DNA from: a virus
Lineage: Duplodnaviria > Caudoviricetes
Virus record (IMG/VR): IMGVR_UViG_3300006162_000017
Coordinates: 1 to 53,461 of that record
Length of the DNA stretch: 53,461 bases
Direction: 5' to 3' (one strand)
The stretch's first letter is position 1. Each line of letters opens with the position of its first letter. Both the position numbers and the translations under genes were made by a program. The notes below the pieces were generated by a model that saw only the letters and a list, made by a program, of their open reading frames with translations, did not search any database and was not told the origin of the DNA. Shown here in pieces: positions 9,379 to 17,336 of this stretch.

Positions 9379-10629
9379 TTATTGAAGTGTTATTGAATCC
9401 AAAATATCTGGCATATCTATATTAAAACCAGACATCTGTGCCAGTTGAAGACTTATTGTTCTTAAAAGAATTGTATTACTTTTTTGTATTTCTACTAATT
9501 GGGCGAGAAGCTGAAGATTGCCGTTTGTTTCTTGGGCAGCATTTGGAGGAAGGATACTATCTACTACAGAAACAAGTAGAGATCCATCAGAGTCTAAAGA
9601 AAGTCCTGCAGATTGTCCTGCAGTTAGAACTAATCTAGGATTGTTGTAAGTAGCTTGCGGGGTTGTCGTAACCGCAGTAGCTATGGAAACTGGTTGTGTT
9701 GCTTGCCAAAACGTACCCGTAACTGGGGTAGTAGGCATGGTAGCAATGCTCACTGGCTGTGTGGCCTGCCAGAAAGTGCCTGTAACCGCTTGTGAAGCAG
9801 GGAAGTTAGATACTGCTACTGTCCCAGAGACCGGCTGAGTCGCTTGCCAGAATGTCCCAGTAACGGCTATACTGGCATTCGTAACATTCACATTCGCGGC
9901 TGTTCCCGTTAAGGTCCACGCTGTGCCGTCTGGCTTCATTGTCCATGGAGCGCCTCCTTGGTTTGCAGTTACTGTTCCAGCTACTGTAAAGCTTCCCGAA
10001 CCCGCCACAGTCCAGGTACCGGATTGGGTGACAGCACCAATTACGTTAGAGCCTGTAGCTAAAGCTGGGAGAGTGGCGATACTGACAGGCTGGGTAGCTT
10101 GCCAAAAGGTACCGCTTACGGGTTGCGTGGCTTGCCAGAAGGTTCCAGTAACCGCCACAGAACCTTGTTGTGCTACAGGAAGGGGATTGGCTGTGGACAC
10201 CCCAACCAGATTACCGGCAGAGTTGTAACCCACGTAGTCTGCGCTAGCGGGTACAGCAGCCCCTGTGGGGCTTGCAGCAGCATTACCACCGGAAATACTA
10301 CCGGCAGCAAGGTTTACGTTCAGATTCCCAGAAGCATCTAAGGCTAGGGAATGTAGTACATTACTAGGATTCTTACCTAGAGCTACAGTGCCAGTAGGAG
10401 TAGTATTAGTAGTGCCATCAGCGTATTGGGTACCACCACCCCCGCCCCCTCCGCCAGTAACATTAAGATTGCCGGATACATCCGCGTTGAGCGTAACATA
10501 GGATAAACTAGAAGGTTGCCAAGCACCAATCGCCACAAAAGAATACCCAGCACTTCCCTGTTGAGGGTCAGTGTTCTGGGTAGCTGGGTTTAGGTGTCCT
10601 TTAGGAACACTAACATAATTATTAGCTAT
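9379..10629 (-). CDS. repeat-containing fibre-like protein; start probably ATA at 10629 rather than GTG at 10536
   Basis: five GTFWQATQPVS repeats; frame open upstream of the GTG to an ATA overlapping the previous stop (TAATA), after AGGTGA. Confidence 0.65.
   Translation of the reverse strand: MANNYVSVPKGHLNPATQNTDPQQGSAGYSFVAIGAWQPSSLSYVTLNADVSGNLNVTGGGGGGGGTQYADGTTNTTPTGTVALGKNPSNVLHSLALDASGNLNVNLAAGSISGGNAAASPTGAAVPASADYVGYNSAGNLVGVSTANPLPVAQQGSVAVTGTFWQATQPVSGTFWQATQPVSIATLPALATGSNVIGAVTQSGTWTVAGSGSFTVAGTVTANQGGAPWTMKPDGTAWTLTGTAANVNVTNASIAVTGTFWQATQPVSGTVAVSNFPASQAVTGTFWQATQPVSIATMPTTPVTGTFWQATQPVSIATAVTTTPQATYNNPRLVLTAGQSAGLSLDSDGSLLVSVVDSILPPNAAQETNGNLQLLAQLVEIQKSNTILLRTISLQLAQMSGFNIDMPDILDSITLQ
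9680..10155 (-). repeat. five coding repeats of GTFWQATQPVS
   Basis: identical peptide, synonymously diverged DNA. Confidence 0.85.
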
Positions 10630-10880
10630 TACATCACCTGGGAGGTAGCGTGTTTAGACTTATCTAATACTTTGGTAATAGCTTCTCTTAAAGCCTTTTC
10701 TTGTGAAGCTCTAGTCCAGATTTTGAATGGATGCGAGATTTCTACCAAGATTGCCTTGATGACATCCTCAAAATCAACCTCAACATGAATAGCACCCTCA
10801 GGAGCAAGATCGTCCTGATGCAAGGTTATCTTTATACCGGGGTTATGCCAGTAGTTGGATTGGACTAGATAGGTCTTCAT
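10629..10880 (-). CDS. hypothetical protein
   Basis: 83 aa ORF coupled to both neighbours. Confidence 0.65.
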   Translation of the reverse strand: MKTYLVQSNYWHNPGIKITLHQDDLAPEGAIHVEVDFEDVIKAILVEISHPFKIWTRASQEKALREAITKVLDKSKHATSQVM

Positions 10881-11008
10881 TTCTTCTTTTTAAAGTACTC
10901 TACTTGGGCAAGTCTTTTAGCGGCCGCGGCTTTGCTTAAACCCGGTTTTGACAGGTTTTTGCCCCCCTCGGACTTGACCTGAAAACCCTTTCCCGCTCTT
11001 ACTATCAT
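10877..11008 (-). CDS. small basic protein, 43 aa, not in the ORF track
   Basis: GGAGG RBS, MIVRAGKGFQVKSEGGKNLSKPGLSKAAAAKRLAQVEYFKKKK, ATGA overlap. Confidence 0.7.
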   Translation of the reverse strand: MIVRAGKGFQVKSEGGKNLSKPGLSKAAAAKRLAQVEYFKKKK

Positions 11009-11053
11009 TCTTTTTACCTCCCACTAAAGCCTTTGGGAAACTACCGGTATTAA

Positions 11054-11659
11054 TCATAGCCCAAACTGCTTGAGGACACCAAACTTATACAATGCGAATG
11101 CTCCTGCGGCTAAAGCGCTCAGGACGGCCACGATCAAGGTCCAGTTCACCCCTGCACCAGCACTTTGGGTTGGAGCAGGTGCTTCTGATACGGAGGCTAC
11201 TTTCGGGGCCTCTACCACGGGACTCTTTGGAGTTTCCGCCTTGGGTGCCTCTACAGGCTTTTCCACAGGCCTTGCTGGTGTCTCAGTTTGTTGTACAGGA
11301 TGTTGGTCCTCAACCGCCTTAGATTGAACTTCCGCCTTAACTTCTGGCTTGGGCGCCTCTTCCTTGATTCCAGGCGTAGCTTCGACTGCATCATTATGGA
11401 CCTCTTGTTTGGCAGGGAGGGAGGGAGTCGAACCCTCATCCGTCAGTTTTGGAGACTGCTGCACGGCCGGTTGTGCTTCCTCTCTATGTTCTACAGGAAC
11501 CTCTTTAGAGGTTTCCGCAACTGTTTGCTTGATTACGGCCTTTAAGTTATCCTCTACATGCTGATTATGGGCATCAATAAGAACTTGATCCGTACCACCA
11601 GAACCCACATGTTGAACCAATTTAACGATCGAATCAGTGATATTCTTTACCTCTTCCAT
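11054..11659 (-). CDS. Glu/Pro/Lys-rich protein with C-terminal transmembrane anchor
   Basis: low-complexity body then WTLIVAVLSALAAGAFALY. Confidence 0.65.
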   Translation of the reverse strand: MEEVKNITDSIVKLVQHVGSGGTDQVLIDAHNQHVEDNLKAVIKQTVAETSKEVPVEHREEAQPAVQQSPKLTDEGSTPSLPAKQEVHNDAVEATPGIKEEAPKPEVKAEVQSKAVEDQHPVQQTETPARPVEKPVEAPKAETPKSPVVEAPKVASVSEAPAPTQSAGAGVNWTLIVAVLSALAAGAFALYKFGVLKQFGL

Positions 11660-11934
11660 TATTTTCCTTTCATGGAGCCATCTTTATTCCTACGATAGCT
11701 CTCGTTTTGATGGGCTGGAATCGCCCTAAGATTACTTCTAGAGTTACTACCGCCCTTTGATAAGGGCTTCTTGTGATCTATCTGTTTTGGGGAATGCTTG
11801 GAAATAACACCTTCTTTTACCATTTCAGCTCGCGCTTTGTGTCTCTCCGCCCGCTCCTCTTTCCGGCCCTTGTGAGCCCGATCCCAGGCGTCCTCCTTCT
11901 TGTAATCCCGTTTTCCATTCGTCATGTATGGCAT
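11659..11934 (-). CDS. small HNH endonuclease, possibly packaging-associated
   Basis: [20 protein letters not shown] motif; GGAG RBS before MPYMTNG. Confidence 0.8.
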   Translation of the reverse strand: MPYMTNGKRDYKKEDAWDRAHKGRKEERAERHKARAEMVKEGVISKHSPKQIDHKKPLSKGGSNSRSNLRAIPAHQNESYRRNKDGSMKGK

Positions 11935-12328
11935 TTGATTTCTCCAAATTAAGCTTTTTAGGAATAACCTGAAGATTTGACCAAATATGTAACCCACATA
12001 CAGTCTTACCTTTCAGGGGCAATAAATGGTCGACATGCCATTCTATGCCAGTTACTTCATTTCGTAATTTACGTAGGGCATGCGCCTCAGAAGTAACAAA
12101 CTTGGTAAGTTCGTCATGGAATCTGGCCTTCTTAGCCCGTGTTGCTCTTAAATTTGCTTTTTTTCTATAATATTGTTTTCGTAGTTCATCTGTCATTTCT
12201 AAAGGACTACGGCGAGACAGTTTCCCCACTTTTTTCAAATAATACTGTTTGTTCTTTTCCCTGTGATATGCCAGTTGTTCCGGACGAGTCAGTTTCCTGT
12301 ACGCCACGTTTGTCATGAACGGCATCAT
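11825..12328 (-). CDS. HNH homing-type endonuclease
   Basis: [27 protein letters not shown] motif with basic N-terminus. Confidence 0.8.
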   Translation of the reverse strand: MMPFMTNVAYRKLTRPEQLAYHREKNKQYYLKKVGKLSRRSPLEMTDELRKQYYRKKANLRATRAKKARFHDELTKFVTSEAHALRKLRNEVTGIEWHVDHLLPLKGKTVCGLHIWSNLQVIPKKLNLEKSNAIHDEWKTGLQEGGRLGSGSQGPERGAGGETQSAS

Positions 12329-12860
12329 TTATCTCCTTAGACACCACATCTATTACTTCTATTTTAGTTGTTTTTGATGCGAATTTAGCAAAAGCTTCAG
12401 CTAGCTGTTCCAACTTACCTTGGGTAGCATGTTCCCCAGTCTCTCTTTGAAGCCTATCTTCCTGGTCATTCGCCTTAGATATAAAGTCAGAAGCTATCCT
12501 ATGGGCATCCCTAACAACTATCGGTTTTCTTATCATTTCCCCGGTTTTCTGGTTTAACACCCAATCCCCGTGGGCTATCCTATCCGCCGTAGCCTCTAAT
12601 GCCTTTTCAGCAATACCCCTTAGCTTAGTAGTAAGTTCAATATTGTTCTGAGCCTGGATTTCCCGCGTAAGATCCTTAAACCACTCAGAGTTACACCAAT
12701 TATAGAAGGTGTTTATATGTATCCCAAGGGAGGCAGCAGTAGCAGCCTTATTACCGGTTAGAAGATATAGTTTGACAGCATTTAGCTTGTCATTATCCGT
12801 ATACCAGTTATCTTTCTGTACTACCTTGGTTTTCTTGAACCTTTTTGTGTCTGATAACAT
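12207..12860 (-). CDS. terS: terminase small subunit (putative)
   Basis: first gene of late arm; HTH-like [20 protein letters not shown] then helical region. Confidence 0.65.
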   Translation of the reverse strand: MLSDTKRFKKTKVVQKDNWYTDNDKLNAVKLYLLTGNKAATAASLGIHINTFYNWCNSEWFKDLTREIQAQNNIELTTKLRGIAEKALEATADRIAHGDWVLNQKTGEMIRKPIVVRDAHRIASDFISKANDQEDRLQRETGEHATQGKLEQLAEAFAKFASKTTKIEVIDVVSKEINDAVHDKRGVQETDSSGTTGISQGKEQTVLFEKSGETVSP

Positions 12861-12879
12861 ACATTTCCCCCTAACCAAT

Positions 12880-12909
12880 ATTATACCATATTTATGACCA
12901 TTATGTAAA
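12880..12909 (-). promoter_or_regulatory. sigma70-type promoter for the structural arm
   Basis: TTTACA-18 nt-TATAAT with extended -10 TG. Confidence 0.65.
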
Positions 12910-13240
12910 TACCCTGATGATAATAAATCATCCGGAATACCCCTATTTTTAAAATATAGTACAAATTTACTGATGTGGTATTACGCGCGCTAATTAATTG
13001 CTCCTTTTCCCCCCTCCCCCCTTGATTTTAAAGGGAGAATCCCCATGAAATGTTGTATTTATACCACTGTAATTAATTCCATTACTTAGACACGGTATCC
13101 CTCCCCTATTTATGTATCACTTGTGTAGGTTTTAGGGTATGTCCGGTATCGCGGGATGGCGGGGTTCTGGGGGTTGGGTAGCGGGTTTATGGTATGTAAG
13201 TTACATACCGCGTAAAGGGTATATTAAGGTCCTGTAGTCC
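12910..13240. other. divergent intergenic region, probable genome termini
   Basis: non-coding gap where the two arms diverge; inferred from analogy with LUZ24-like genomes. Confidence 0.5.
13191..13209. promoter_or_regulatory. palindromic operator-like site, copy 1
   Basis: GGTATGTAA-G-TTACATACC, upstream of TATAAT at 13243-13248. Confidence 0.6.
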
Positions 13241-13297
13241 TGTATAATGGTTGTCATGGATGGGCATCCCGTTCATCCACTACTAGGAGTTAATGCC

Positions 13298-14017
13298 ATG
13301 GCTAAGGTTACGACCGATATGCGCCTTTCGCTGGAAGATGATGATTCCACCTTCGTTGATATTCCCGTGTCCGTGGTTGATGACACTCGCGCGGCTATGA
13401 GTGCGCAGGCTGGGGTATCGCAACGCTGGGTCAAGGCGCAACCGCGAATCAGTGAGACGTTCGGCGCTCCCGCGTGCTATGAGGCAGGCTCGAAGGAGCG
13501 CAAGCTTCTTACCGAATTCCTCAACCAGATGCATCCGCAGTACAAGTCCCTCCAGGCTGCTAAGGCGCGCAAGGAAGAGGCACGCAAGGCGATGGATGGC
13601 GAAGCAGAGCAGCGCGCCAAGCTGGATCTCGCGTTCCTCATCGGGCAGGTGGACAACGATGTTGCTAATGCCATGCGCGCACTGCGCAAGTACTACACGG
13701 ACAAGGGAGACAGCACGGAATCCCGGCGCGAAGGGAAAACCGCTGATGATTTGTTCCTTGATTGGGCGGCCCGTGCTCAGAAGATGGCGGACAAGGAAGG
13801 GACTTCCTCCCCGGACAAGTCCCGCCTTGTTCTGGTTTCTCGTATCCTTAAGCTGTTGATGACGCCCGATGCGATGAACCACGTCCGCACTCTGACCCTT
13901 GCCCTGCCCATCATCCCGCTAACTGACATTGCCGGGAAGATTGAGCACCCAGAGCGGGCGGCTAGCCCGGTCAAGGTCACGAAGGGCGAGCCTGCGAAGG
14001 ATTCGATTGCAGCGTAA
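13298..14017 (+). CDS. first early protein, function unknown
   Basis: AGGAG RBS before MAKVTTD; GC-rich codon use; own -10 box and terminator. Confidence 0.75.
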   Translation: MAKVTTDMRLSLEDDDSTFVDIPVSVVDDTRAAMSAQAGVSQRWVKAQPRISETFGAPACYEAGSKERKLLTEFLNQMHPQYKSLQAAKARKEEARKAMDGEAEQRAKLDLAFLIGQVDNDVANAMRALRKYYTDKGDSTESRREGKTADDLFLDWAARAQKMADKEGTSSPDKSRLVLVSRILKLLMTPDAMNHVRTLTLALPIIPLTDIAGKIEHPERAASPVKVTKGEPAKDSIAA

Positions 14018-14036
14018 TCCTCCCTTGATGTACTTG

Positions 14037-14060
14037 GCCCGCTTCGGCGGGCTTTTTTTT
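14037..14060 (+). terminator. Rho-independent terminator
   Basis: GCCCGC-TTCG-GCGGGC-T8. Confidence 0.9.
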
Positions 14061-14201
14061 GTCTGTTGTTTTTGTAAAGGTCGGTGCTAATAACTCTGCG
14101 GCGGGCGGGTATGTTCAATATGTAAATCTAAAAGGTCGGTGCAAATCGTGCACAAGGCTAAGCTAATATAAATCCAAAGTGTTGTTTTAATACAACAACC
14201 A

Positions 14202-14210
14202 TGCTATAAT
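14202..14210 (+). promoter_or_regulatory. extended -10 early promoter
   Basis: TGcTATAAT upstream of the early gene/tRNA block. Confidence 0.6.
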
Positions 14211-14257
14211 ATACATACTGGGACATGGGGTATGTGTCTTCAGTATCACGTCAACAT

Positions 14258-14276
14258 GGTATGTAGATTACATACC
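14258..14276. promoter_or_regulatory. palindromic operator-like site, copy 2
   Basis: GGTATGTA-GAT-TACATACC, near-identical to 13191-13209. Confidence 0.6.
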
Positions 14277-14292
14277 GCATTTGGAGATAGGC

Positions 14293-14565
14293 ATGGATCC
14301 ATCCCTTGTTCTAGCTCTAGGTCTATGGACCGCTGATTATGGACAAACCCGGTCCATCCCTTCCCATCCTCAATTCTACGAAACCAATCCAATCATAGGA
14401 AAACATCCCAATGAAGGCAGAATTAATACCTATTTTGCTTTGGGCTATGCTGTTATTCCTTTTCTGCATTACCAACTTGGTAACAAGTATACGTTCGTTG
14501 TGGTCGCAATGGAAGCAAACACAGTAAGGCATAACGCCAAGTTGGGAATTAAATTCAACTTTTAA
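14293..14565 (+). CDS. hypothetical membrane-associated protein
   Basis: GGAG RBS; ETNPIIG motif; hydrophobic segments. Confidence 0.6.
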   Translation: MDPSLVLALGLWTADYGQTRSIPSHPQFYETNPIIGKHPNEGRINTYFALGYAVIPFLHYQLGNKYTFVVVAMEANTVRHNAKLGIKFNF

Positions 14566-14566
14566 T

Positions 14567-14643
14567 CTGTCCTTAGCTCAGTTGGATAGAGCACTGGCCT
14601 TCTAAGCCAGTGGTCAGAGGTTCGAATCCTCTAGGACAGGCCA
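14567..14643 (+). tRNA. tRNA-Arg (UCU)
   Basis: cloverleaf: CTGTCCT/AGGACAG acceptor, CTTCTAA loop, TTCGAAT, CCA. Confidence 0.95.
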
Positions 14644-14659
14644 ACCTTAAGGAAAGTAA

Positions 14660-14995
14660 ATGAGCACTGAGCAATTGAAGATGATTATCGAAATGCTTTC
14701 TTCTCTTGGTGCAAAGGGGATGGAAGGATTTATGTGGTGGTTGGGAATTGAGTATATCTTCAATCCTCTGTTGTGGTTTACGTTCTTTCTCATCATTGCC
14801 CTCATGATCTATCGTTTGATTTCTCGGGCCATGTCTGGTGCAGACAACTATGAAGGCTACCTTATGGAGCTTCGAGCACTGACGAATTCAGGGGAAGGAA
14901 TCTTGAGCAAGCAAGAAGTAGTCCAAACCATGGATAAATTGAGAGCCATGATTCAGTTTTACAAGCAAAACGCCCCAACTTACAGACAAAAGTAG
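14660..14995 (+). CDS. hypothetical membrane protein
   Basis: AAGGA RBS; hydrophobic helix PLLWFTFFLIIALMIY. Confidence 0.7.
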   Translation: MSTEQLKMIIEMLSSLGAKGMEGFMWWLGIEYIFNPLLWFTFFLIIALMIYRLISRAMSGADNYEGYLMELRALTNSGEGILSKQEVVQTMDKLRAMIQFYKQNAPTYRQK

Positions 14996-15033
14996 TTTTC
15001 TTGTAGTCCAACCGCAGTCAAAAGGAGAAAGTA

Positions 15034-15546
15034 ATGAAGAAGTTCATTCTTGCTGTTCTTGCTGTTCTTGGTATGTCCGCTGCCAATGCTGCTGGCATTG
15101 ATTTCTCGCAGTGGATCAGCATCACTCCGGGGCAGCCCTTGTCCCCGGAACCGGGCTGGTATGCGCAGGCAACGGTGCCAAACTGGAAGACCTGTTGTAC
15201 TGCGCAATACACTGTCAAGCAGACAGCAGATGGTCCTGCTGAATTTACGCTCACGTTTCCAGTGGAAAAGACTGGATGCGGTCGGTGCGTAAACTCGACG
15301 TTGTACACTGTGCCGCTGTCGCTGACTGTCACTGACATGGCTGGCAACAGTTATCCCGGCTGGTCTTGTGTGCCCGATGGAACTGAAGGAGCTGGTTCCT
15401 GCTCTGGTGGCAGTACGTGGACTTACGCGAACTTGCCCGCTGGTACGTACTATCTCACCATGGTGATGATTGGCTATCGCATCACCACTCAAGGTGTTCG
15501 GTACGACAACGACGGCATTACGTACTGGAATCTCCACGCCGAGTAA
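15034..15546 (+). CDS. secreted Cys-rich protein
   Basis: signal peptide MKKFILAVLAVLGMSAANA; six Cys; AGGAG RBS. Confidence 0.75.
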   Translation: MKKFILAVLAVLGMSAANAAGIDFSQWISITPGQPLSPEPGWYAQATVPNWKTCCTAQYTVKQTADGPAEFTLTFPVEKTGCGRCVNSTLYTVPLSLTVTDMAGNSYPGWSCVPDGTEGAGSCSGGSTWTYANLPAGTYYLTMVMIGYRITTQGVRYDNDGITYWNLHAE

Positions 15547-15552
15547 TCAAAC

Positions 15553-15574
15553 GGGGAGGGCAACCTCCCCTTCT
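15553..15574 (+). terminator. hairpin after secreted-protein gene
   Basis: GGGGAGG-GCAA-CCTCCCC then TTCT. Confidence 0.5.
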
Positions 15575-15575
15575 C

Positions 15576-15658
15576 GTGCCCATGGTGGAATTGGTAGACA
15601 CAAGAGACTTAAAATCTCTCGCGTAAGCGTGCGAGTTCGAGTCTCGCTGGGCATACCA
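15576..15658 (+). tRNA. tRNA-Leu (UAA)
   Basis: GTGCCCA/TGGGCAT acceptor, CTTAAAA loop, variable arm, CCA. Confidence 0.93.
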
Positions 15659-15671
15659 AACAGGAGTCAAT

Positions 15672-15887
15672 ATGTATTATGTTATGCGCATGAATGGAGG
15701 GACGAAGCCAGTACGTATTCATCTAACCCTACTTGAGGCGGAAAGAGAAGCTATTAGGCTTGGGGTTAAGGATCCAACTGGAATTTTTCTTGTACTGAAA
15801 ATTGTATCTGGATTTCGCCCAAGAGTTGATGTTGATCGCGTGGATGAACCTGATCTTCAGAAACTTCTCTCTCCTCCATCATTCTAA
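15672..15887 (+). CDS. hypothetical protein
   Basis: AGGAG RBS; EAEREAIRL motif. Confidence 0.65.
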   Translation: MYYVMRMNGGTKPVRIHLTLLEAEREAIRLGVKDPTGIFLVLKIVSGFRPRVDVDRVDEPDLQKLLSPPSF

Positions 15888-15893
15888 TCAATT

Positions 15894-15970
15894 GGGCCGC
15901 TAGCTTAATTGGTTAGAGCAAGCGACTCATAATCGCTAGGTTATTGGTTCGAGTCCAATGCGGCCCACCA
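15894..15970 (+). tRNA. tRNA with CAU anticodon, most likely Ile2 (lysidine)
   Basis: GCGACTCATAATCGCT arm like E. coli ileX; C4:G69 and C5:G68 pairs; CCA. Confidence 0.85.
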
Positions 15971-15983
15971 ACTAGGAGAAATT

Positions 15984-16109
15984 ATGGGTAACTGGAGAAT
16001 GGCATACAGAAAGATTGTGGTATACACAAAATTCAGGCTCAAAGAACATTGGGCTTTCACCATGATTGATGCGGGATACTGCATTGATCGTGAAATGGTC
16101 GGTGGCTGA
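15984..16109 (+). CDS. small hypothetical protein (41 aa)
   Basis: AGGAG RBS; fills gap. Confidence 0.5.
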   Translation: MGNWRMAYRKIVVYTKFRLKEHWAFTMIDAGYCIDREMVGG

Positions 16110-16127
16110 CAACATAGGAGCATTAAC

Positions 16128-16322
16128 ATGAAGTTTCGCGGAAACAATCGTATTACCCTCTCCCAAGAAACCCTTAAGGAGATAATCACTGAAGGATTAC
16201 CACAGCTTGTTAATGCAAGCACTGATGGTGACTTTCTTACCATTACCAAGGTGTCTTTGTATGAGAACATTGATACAAAGACCATTGAAGCCATCGTTGA
16301 ATTCACCACGGAAGACGAATGA
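16128..16322 (+). CDS. hypothetical protein
   Basis: AGGAG RBS. Confidence 0.65.
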   Translation: MKFRGNNRITLSQETLKEIITEGLPQLVNASTDGDFLTITKVSLYENIDTKTIEAIVEFTTEDE

Positions 16323-16522
16323 AGTTCATTGACGAGCATCTTTGGTCTATTCTCATGTACTTTTGCATGGGAATAGCCGGGTTTATCTGGGGTGCGCGAT
16401 GGGATGAGGACTATCAATCCCGAATTGACGCACGAAATGTTCACGAAGCCTATCTTTGGGGAGAACGGGTAGGCTATCAAGCGGGTACGAACAGGACCAA
16501 AGCCTGTAAATACCTGTACTAG
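16319..16522 (+). CDS. hypothetical membrane protein
   Basis: ATGA overlap; N-terminal hydrophobic helix. Confidence 0.6.
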   Translation: MKFIDEHLWSILMYFCMGIAGFIWGARWDEDYQSRIDARNVHEAYLWGERVGYQAGTNRTKACKYLY

Positions 16523-16530
16523 GAGGAATC

Positions 16531-16617
16531 ATGCAAGAAGAAGAGGATTTCAAAGGAGTTGTCATCCTTTGTGTCATTCTGGTCATGCTCTGTGTGGCCT
16601 TTTCTCTAATTCGATAG
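16531..16617 (+). CDS. 28-aa single-helix membrane peptide
   Basis: AGGAGG RBS; MQEEEDFKGVVILCVILVMLCVAFSLIR. Confidence 0.5.
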   Translation: MQEEEDFKGVVILCVILVMLCVAFSLIR

Positions 16618-16626
16618 GAGGAATAG

Positions 16627-16827
16627 ATGCAAAACTTCTTCTTTGTATTCTGTGTGGTAATTCCAGTGGTGGGATTACTGGTTCTTACACCTTTCTTGCC
16701 GCCATTGAAATGCTGGTGGGGGCACAAATGGAGCGAGTGGATGCTTGTTGGATCAACATACGAAGACTGCGAGGTCGAACGCCGCGTCTGCTACAGATGC
16801 GATCAAGTTGATTACAACGTCAGATAG
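16627..16827 (+). CDS. membrane-anchored Zn-finger-like protein
   Basis: AGGAGG RBS; TM helix then CWWGHKW...CYRC. Confidence 0.6.
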   Translation: MQNFFFVFCVVIPVVGLLVLTPFLPPLKCWWGHKWSEWMLVGSTYEDCEVERRVCYRCDQVDYNVR

Positions 16828-16838
16828 GAGGTCGGTGC

Positions 16839-17045
16839 ATGTTTTTCGCCATCGCTGAAGTTCGGGATCATTCATCTCACAAAGAAAATGCGTGCACCAT
16901 CACCAATTGCCACATAGGAGGCTATAAATACCTCAAAAGAGCCCTCAATTCACTACTCAAGCACTATTCAAACGGGTATATTCTTGACGAAAACAGGAAT
17001 ATTGTTGTCTTGATACAAAACAACAAGATAACATATCCAAGGTGA
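16839..17045 (+). CDS. hypothetical protein
   Basis: AGGAGG RBS. Confidence 0.6.
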   Translation: MFFAIAEVRDHSSHKENACTITNCHIGGYKYLKRALNSLLKHYSNGYILDENRNIVVLIQNNKITYPR

Positions 17046-17048
17046 AAC

Positions 17049-17336
17049 ATGCACAATCCAAATGCCATCCCGGAGGATCAAAAGTATGGACTCCTCCTCT
17101 GCACAGGAGAAATTGGAATCGACTATCCCAACATCGAAACCGAATTCTACCGCGGACCAAGAGATGAAATTGAATCCTTATATGCTTCTGCTTTACATGA
17201 TACCGATATGGATGATATACAAAATGCACAAACAGTCTTCCTCGTCAAAATCATCAAGTTCGCAACCCCTGTTGTTAACACCGCCATCTTCGAAGACCCC
17301 GATATCGAAGATGTGTCAATGCTCGGGATCGGATAA
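17049..17336 (+). CDS. hypothetical acidic protein
   Basis: AAGGTG RBS; tight packing. Confidence 0.6.
   Translation: MHNPNAIPEDQKYGLLLCTGEIGIDYPNIETEFYRGPRDEIESLYASALHDTDMDDIQNAQTVFLVKIIKFATPVVNTAIFEDPDIEDVSMLGIG

Noticed and set aside
9680-10155. Repeats as a CRISPR array or DGR template
   Set aside because: Coding repeats with synonymous variation and irregular spacing; no cas or reverse transcriptase gene
10544-10582. Hairpin plus T run before GTG 10536 read as an attenuator or riboswitch
   Set aside because: Lies within the open extended reading frame and is imperfect; the ATA-start explanation is simpler
12914-12940. CTGATGA...GAA resembling a hammerhead ribozyme core
   Set aside because: No stem II or GAAA in the required places; it is simply a GATGAT/ATCATC hairpin
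15894-15970. Ile2 tRNA as the initiator for the ATA start
   Set aside because: It has a paired G1:C72 and lacks the three G:C anticodon-stem pairs of initiator tRNAs
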